DNA of 64,000 nt, taken from Amphiscolops sp. MND2022 (lineage: Eukaryota). The notes under the pieces are model-generated. The model saw nothing but the letters and a program-made list of their open reading frames with translations. It was not told the origin of the DNA and ran no database searches. The translations under genes and the position numbers were made by a program. Shown piece by piece: positions 57,539 to 64,000 of this stretch. The first letter of the stretch is position 1, and the number at the start of each line of letters is the position of its first letter. The stretch is from NCBI GenBank assembly GCA_964187785.1, contig OZ076415.1, forward strand, positions 30,132,001 to 30,196,000. Reading direction: 5' to 3'.

Positions 57539-60500
57539 TTTGTGGCCGAAGCGTCGGTAACTGGGTATGCAAAAAGATATCTTGAAAACGCATCCATTGC
57601 AGTTATGATGTTTTCATAACCTCCGCTGGGGGGCAGGCTTGGTAATAAGTCAATTTGCATTGCATCTTCTGGACCTAAGTCCCATTCAGGCAAGTTGAGT
57701 AATTCTGGCGTTATGGATGAGTTGGGAATTCTTTTGTCTTTCATGCAGGTTTCACAGCCCTGAACCCATTTTTAAACAATTTTTGCTGTCCCGGGATAAT
57801 AATATTTTTGACGAATTTCTTTGAGCATCTTGGATATTCCAGGGTGTTTATTGGCTTTGCCGTGTAGGGATTCGAGTAGTTCTTGGACCAGATGTTTTGG
57901 TAATAGCACTTGATTGTACTTAACAGCTCCTGTTTCATCAAAATACTGTCTCGTAATAATTTCATCCATAACGGACAGTCGGTCCATTTGGCGACAGTAA
58001 TGTTGGTAACGAGTATCTTGCAGGAAGATGGTCTCAGAATAGTTTTCTTTCAGTATTTTTGGGCGCAATTGTTGCAAAATGACGTCGTTGTTTTGCTCGA
58101 CTGCTATGGAGTTCGGGTAGGATAGTTTTTGAAGCGTGGAAAGTTTGTGATAGTCACTTTTGTGTGTAGTAAATTTTTCGAATGAAATGTCAGGTAAGTG
58201 ATTTGATGGATGATCCCTAGCGTCTTTTTTACGCTGTAAGATTTGTTCTTCCGTCTCGTCGTCATCCTCGGTATAAAAGATTTGTTCCTCTTCGGAAACC
58301 CCGGCTGATTGGACATGTAGTTCAATCGGTGTCGTAGGGAGATCCTCTCTAATTCTGAGGATTAATTTCTCTTTTGGCGAGATTTCGAGACGTGACAGAT
58401 AATCGGCCGCTGTGTTGTTTTTGCCTGGACTATGTGCTATTGTGAAGTTGAACTGGATCACATAGTCACAAGCATTCCATAATGTCGGCGGAATAATTTT
58501 AGTTTGAAAGAATCGTGTGACGGACTTGTTGTCTGTGAGTATAATCACCGGTTTTGGGGTTCCCCAAAAGATATGTCCAAATTCCTTGAAGGCAAAGAAA
58601 ATTGCTAAGAACTCTTTTGCATAGATTGACATTTTTAACTGGGTAGGACTAAAGGTCTTGGATCCGTAAGCTACTGGTGCGAAAGCTTTCCTCGTGGAAG
58701 TGTACTTCTCAAGTGGATCGTCCTCGATGAGAACTGCGTACCCCGCGGCCGAAAAGCTGGCATCCGTCATAAGGGCTATTTGCTTGTTCGGTAAGGGTTG
58801 TTCGAGTGCCAGTTCACAACATCGATCAAGAGCTTTGTTTATCTCGGTAAATTTTTCCAAAAGGTCCGGTGTTAGTAGGACTTTTTCATCTTTAGTGAGC
58901 AATTTGAAAAACGGTGTTAGTTTTTCTGATAGTCTTGGGATGTAGTTCCGGTAATAGTTCAAAAATCCCAAGTACCGCTGTAGTGCTTTCTTGGATTTCG
59001 TGAATTTCGTATTTTCTAGGAAATTTTGGACCCGTGGTCTCTGTGGCTTCACTCCAGCGGGAGTGATGGTGCGTCCCAGAAAGTCTGTTTCCGTTGCTCC
59101 AAAGTGACATTTGTGCATTGTGAGTTTTAATCCAGCTTTTTGAATGCATTGGAATGTGGCCCTAAGGTTGTTGATAAGCTGTTCGGCATCATTAGCAGCT
59201 ATTCCGATATCGTCAACATATTGAGCACATTGGTCGGCTTTGATAACTTTGTCCAAATATTCGCGCATGAAGCTAGAGAAGGCCGATAGGGCTCTACTAA
59301 GTCCTTGTGTTAATCGTCGATATGCAAATGTTCTGCTGGCGAAGTTGAAAGCAAGCATTTCAATGGACCGTTGGTCCGCCATTTGTAGGTAATGGTAAGC
59401 TTGCGAACAGTTCAATTTACAAAATAGCTTTTTCCAAGCCATGTGTTGGGCTGCATCAGTAAGTGTACTCACTGGATGATTATCGTTAATATAGTCATCC
59501 GAGATCAGGTTGTTAATTTTGCGCAAATCGACTAGAAGACTCAGTTTGCCATTGGGTTTCTTTTGTGCAAAAATGGAACTCGCGTATTTGGAGAATGGTA
59601 GTGTTGTAATTATCCCATAGCGATGCAATAGGGCCAATTCTACGAGGATATCCTCCTTGAGATTTATGGGCGTTGGCAAATTTTGACTATAGGCCGGAGA
59701 ATCATCTTTCGGTGTTAATTTGACCTTGAAGTCCTCGTTCATGCCTATGTCGAAGCGATGCCTAGCAAAAATATCGTGAAATTCGACAAGTAGGTCCTCT
59801 ATGCGAGCTATTTCAGCAGGTTGGAGCATAGAATCAGTCCAAACGAAGTTGGATAGGAACTGACGTCTCGACTCAGGGTCGTCCTGAGGATTGAGTTTTT
59901 CTAATTCCTGGAGGTTGATTAGTTCTGATAGAATCCTTTTCTGAATTGGTGTGTGATGTTGAGGGTCCCCGGGGTCTTCTGGTGTTGGAAACCAGTAGTT
60001 GTCTTTGGAGTCCTCAGGTTTAGGAGATTTGATCAAGCTACTTGCATAATAAGCGGCGTTTTCAGGGTTGTCTTGTAAAAGGTGCCATGTGGTCACCAGA
60101 TCAAGAGGCTTGACATATTTCATCTGTTCTGGCGTGAGGACAGTGAAATTAGCCACCTGTGTGCCCCCCTTGAGGGTGTACGGACTGTCGGTGAAGTTGT
60201 TCAGATGGGATGATACCTGACAGTTAGTCAGGGTGACTAGAGCAGCACAGAAGGCGATGTCGCCATCATCTGTGAGATTATTGCTCGGTTGAAGGATCCC
60301 AGTAACTGTAGTGTTCTCGTACAGTTGTGAAGCCATAAGGACCGATTGTCGGCCATTAGGTGGGATGGGTACATCCTCTCTAATGTAGATGGGTTCCATG
60401 ACGTTAGTATACTTGTGATCAGCAGTTTTCAACTGCATTGGGAAGAAGGGAAAATTCAGGACTCCTTGTCTCATATCCAGAATTGTGTTGTTCCGTTGAA

Positions 60501-61401
60501 GGAACGAAAGACCAATCAAAGGACTGGTGAGTTTTTCCATGACTATGAATATTTCGTGAAATTCAATATCGCCGACTTCAAACTTCAATTCGACGGTGCT
60601 CTTTGGAGTCTCCAGCTGCCCATTAGCAACCATGATTTGGAAGTTGGGGGCCGGGCCCTCTTTCACAATGGACTGAGGGGCTAGTAATCGGATTTTACGT
60701 AGATCAGCTTCTGGGATTGCACTAGATAGCGCTCCCGTGTCTACAAGGCCATCTAATGTAAGTTCGCCAAAATCCATCGGAAAATAGAGCATTCGTCGTT
60801 TATATTTGAGACCGAGATTGGTTGTCAGCGGTACATAGTCTGGTTCGCCCGTTCTTGTGATTAGGGTGTTCACGAAACGTGCAGTAACTGCTGTAGCCAG
60901 AGAGACCTGTGGTCCCGCACGGTGGAGTTCGTCTTCATCAACTGGGTGCGTCGTGTGATGAATGGGGTGGGTTCCGTGTTGCCATGGGTCAACTCGGGCT
61001 TTAGCAAGGACCATATTCAAGGCTTGGTCAATGTCATTAGAATCTAGTTCTATGTTGTGACTCGGTTTGTTGAAATTGCGGTAGAAGTATAGGTTATGTT
61101 GATTGTAGCAATTGACGTCCCAATAGGGGTCAAAACCATAGTCAGGATCAGAGTAATATGGGTTAAAGTCATCAATAAGAGGTATAAGTCGTATCGTAGT
61201 AGTATCAGTTTGTAGTCTGTTGGACATAGGGTCCGATGTGGTGTGGGTGGTAGGGGGAGTCTTCATCTGCTGCTCCCAGTCAGCTGATGATGTTTCTGTA
61301 AGAGAGGTATAATATTCGGTGTAATGGACATTTGAAGGGTCAGATATTATGTATTGTCGGACACGGAGTTTATCATTAATTTGGAGTCGTGGCACATCTA
61401 G
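57539..61401 (-). pseudogene. pol: pol of element D: PR, dUTPase-like domain, RT, RNase H, truncated integrase
   Basis: LVDTGA; YVDD; TDASFSAAG, EFLAI, LTDNKS; HGKANKHPG zinc finger; frameshift near 57775; integrase ends just after QIDLL...MDAFSR at the 57538 junction. Confidence 0.95.
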
Positions 61402-63167
61402 TTTTTTGGGTTCTTTAAAATTGACGTAGTTTGTTTGTTTTTTATATCATCTTGGCTGGTGGACTGATCGGTGGTTGTGGTGGTGTCCTCCAGCTTGAGG
61501 TTTTTGGGCTTGAGGTGGGCTCCGGCGCCTTTCCAACATCGTTCCGCCGGGTGATTCGTTTTGTCGCAAGTCGGACATTTAGGATATTCTTTCTTAGTAT
61601 CCTGCCCTTCATTGCGGCGTTGTTCCTCCTTTCGTTTGAGTTTGCGGCAATCGTCTTTGATATGACCTGGTTTCTTGCAATAGTTGCAAGTAATGTTTGG
61701 ATCGATGCCAGCGGAAAGAAGGCCAGTTCCCGGTCGTGTTGCTGTAGGGGCAGTAGACATTGTTGGTACTGGAATGTCGTCCCCCTCCTCAAGTCAATTG
61801 AGTTCAAGCTCTCGTTCTAAATGGGTGACAATTTCCTCATAGGTCGCATTTTCGTGTCTCGCCATATTGACAGAACGTTTCAATTTTGGTGGCAGCTTGG
61901 CGTAGAGGAGACTATCGATCATGGCCTGGGCGTTCTCGCCAAACGCTTTTTTAGCTCCTTGATTTAACTCCTCAAGGGAGTCTGGCAGTTTCATGCTATT
62001 TGGATCAAATACCAATCTGTGCCATTTGTGTTTGGCGGTCGCCTGGGACTCAGGTTTGACGTATTTCCGACGAAATACTGCCAATATGTCCTCCAGAGTT
62101 TGCCTGTTTGCTGTGTTAATGTTGCGAAAGGTTTGTAACGCATTCTTTCGTAACAATGAATGAAAATGGTTAATTTTCATTGTTTCAGTCATATCAGGTT
62201 GCATTTTTATCATAGTGTGAAAGAGATCTTCGAAGAGTTCGAATTTCTCGGATTTGACGTCGAATGTCAGTGTGGTTGTACTGACTGGGCGTACCATCAA
62301 TGTTTGTGCTGATGGACGGTTGTTCATGCCAACAAATACTTCTGCAAGGCGGTTAATGGAATCGGAAGGAGTAGTTGGTCCTGTAATCTCAGGGACCTGG
62401 GGGAATGTAACCTGAGACTCGTTATTGGTGGAATTTTGACGTGGCAGGGGGTCCCGGGATTGCATGGGACGTCCAGTGAGGAACTCAGGAACCATATGTG
62501 GGGTAGGGTTGGCTCCTGTCACCATGTCGTGAATTTGTTCACTATTATTAGAGTCTTTTGAACTCTCTCTAGACCTCATTCTAGTATTTTCCTGTGTAAA
62601 GCAAGTTCTGGGACGATTTTCCCACGATTTCTGAGCATTTCCAACTTCGGCGTTCCGTTGTAGCCCACTGGACCTTCGGTCCCTTATGGTGAAATCGGTC
62701 GGCCTTGGGCTCTGATGTGGCCCGTTGGACCCTCGGCCCACCATGGTGAAATCAAGTCTCACCTGCGTTTCTAGCGTATTTTGAATAGTCGGAAGCACTG
62801 TATTTGTTATTGCAGCTGTGATAGCTTCCTGGACTTGAGAACTCAAGCTAGTTTTGACCTCATTGAGTTTTCTATACATTTGATTTGAAATTTCCTCATT
62901 AATCAACCTAGTGGTCTCAATTGTGATTTCGCTGTTTTCCCTACTATTGGTATTAAGTAAAGATCTGAAATCTTCACCTATAACGTTTGAACTTTGTTGT
63001 GGTCTACTAGACCCTGAATCCAAATTCCCTTCATTTTCGCTAATGTTATTCTCCTCATCAAATCTAGAGTAACTTCCGAGCATTATATCAACATTTTCTA
63101 CATCAGACATTATGTCCAGTTGCCTAGAGCGTCTCTCTTTGGCTTTCTGTCTCCTTGTTGATGGCAT
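61398..63167 (-). pseudogene. gag: gag of element D (~590 codons) with one internal TGA; two CCHC zinc knuckles
   Basis: ORFs 61794..63167 and 61398..61760 are in the same frame, split by TGA; CNYCKKPGHIKDDC and CPTCDKTNHPAERC. Confidence 0.9.
61401..61407 (-). promoter_or_regulatory. Putative -1 ribosomal frameshift site A-AAA-AAC at the gag/pol junction
   Basis: Gag frame reads CCA AAA AAC TAG; pol is in the -1 frame; a second heptamer T-TTA-AAG lies at 61413-61419. Confidence 0.7.
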
Positions 63168-64000
63168 TGAACAAACTTTGGAGATTAATAATGAATTGAC
63201 AAACAGTCTATTATTTCAATAAGTCTCGCAACGTAACAGATTGAAACAGCAGTGTATATAGTTGATAGTTTCATAAAATCAGAAAGAATCATCCTGGGGC
63301 CTACGGGTCCCCGCTATATATACTTCACACTGCATGACCCGCAAAATTATGCTGGTCATGTTACTAATAATAGCTCCCGGGTTATATTTTGATACATGAC
63401 GTCAGTATTACTACATCAAGTTGCAGCTAAATAAAGCATCAGGGTAAAATGGAGGGATTGACCAATGGTCTGTAAGTGTGATATTAGTTCTAAAATAAGC
63501 ACATTTTGCTTTAAACAGTTACATGTTTACTTTAATATTTCATGTCTGACAAGTATCATAACAAACAAATCGTCCTTTATTACTGTACTAATAGACTTAA
63601 GGTCCGAGTAACTACATCAGCTCATTTAAATTGCTGCTCTAAATAGTAGTAACCGCCGCGGACTGACAGTACGCGCGGCTACAGTAAACATAATAGCATC
63701 GACTAATTGGCAGCTAATAACACCGCAGTAGACCTTCGGTCCACGTGGCTACAGCAATGATAATGATAAGAATGTACAGCACTCTGATTGGCTTATTTAA
63801 ATTAGGCCGGTACGTACGCTGGGCGTCAACAAGCGTTCATTTGAACACGTTTCCTAGTATTCAGCAAGCATTGTACGTATTATTTTACATTCAATTGACT
63901 ATATTACAAATTCATTCAATCAATCAAACAGGCACAGGACTCATCAATTAAGTATATTCCCGTAAGGTAAAAATGAAAACTAAGATGTAGCTGTGTGGAC

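Larger units (their letters stand above)
57539..64000 (-). mobile_element. Ty3/Gypsy-type retroelement D (gag-pol plus 5' leader), continuing beyond the window
   Basis: gag-PR-RT-RH-IN order; leader duplicated at 50713-52185; no canonical PBS seen. Confidence 0.9.

Noticed and set aside
56263-63753. Element D as a Ginger-like unit with 22-bp TIRs (TGTAGC..CG.GGACCGAAGGT)
   Set aside because: The ends do match as inverted repeats, but the flanks (GTTGA versus GCAAT) show no TSD and the same motif recurs elsewhere; folded into the motif and architecture findings instead.

Overview
Eukaryotic, intron- and transposon-rich animal DNA; the repeat and gag sequences recall an acoel worm such as Symsagittifera (from memory, not verified). 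The one host gene is the 3' part of a Trio/Kalirin-family RhoGEF-kinase on the minus strand. It has 11 reconstructed exons from ~29.3 kb to 5.3 kb, encoding a Gly-rich linker, SH3, Ser-rich linker, FN3 and a DAPK/Trio-type kinase. No Ig exon was found and kinase subdomain XI is not in the window. The rest is transposable elements: (A) the 3' end of an LTR element carrying a ~1,090-aa non-gag/pol ORF with an SGNH-like fold; (B, C) two decayed Mag-like Ty3/Gypsy elements with both LTRs, 5-bp TSDs and a WLDD RT motif; hAT, Tc1-like, CACTA-like and foldback MITEs; a Helentron/DINE-1-like (HINE) family; a 3 x 1.38-kb tandem triplication; and (D) a 50.3-64 kb composite of a Gypsy family. In D, gag-pol is associated with ORF-carrying long repeats (a 704-bp inverted pair), a reiterated TGTAGY-N5-GGACY motif, a hAT-derived BED-finger cargo ORF and no recognisable tRNA primer site. 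D is the most unusual region.
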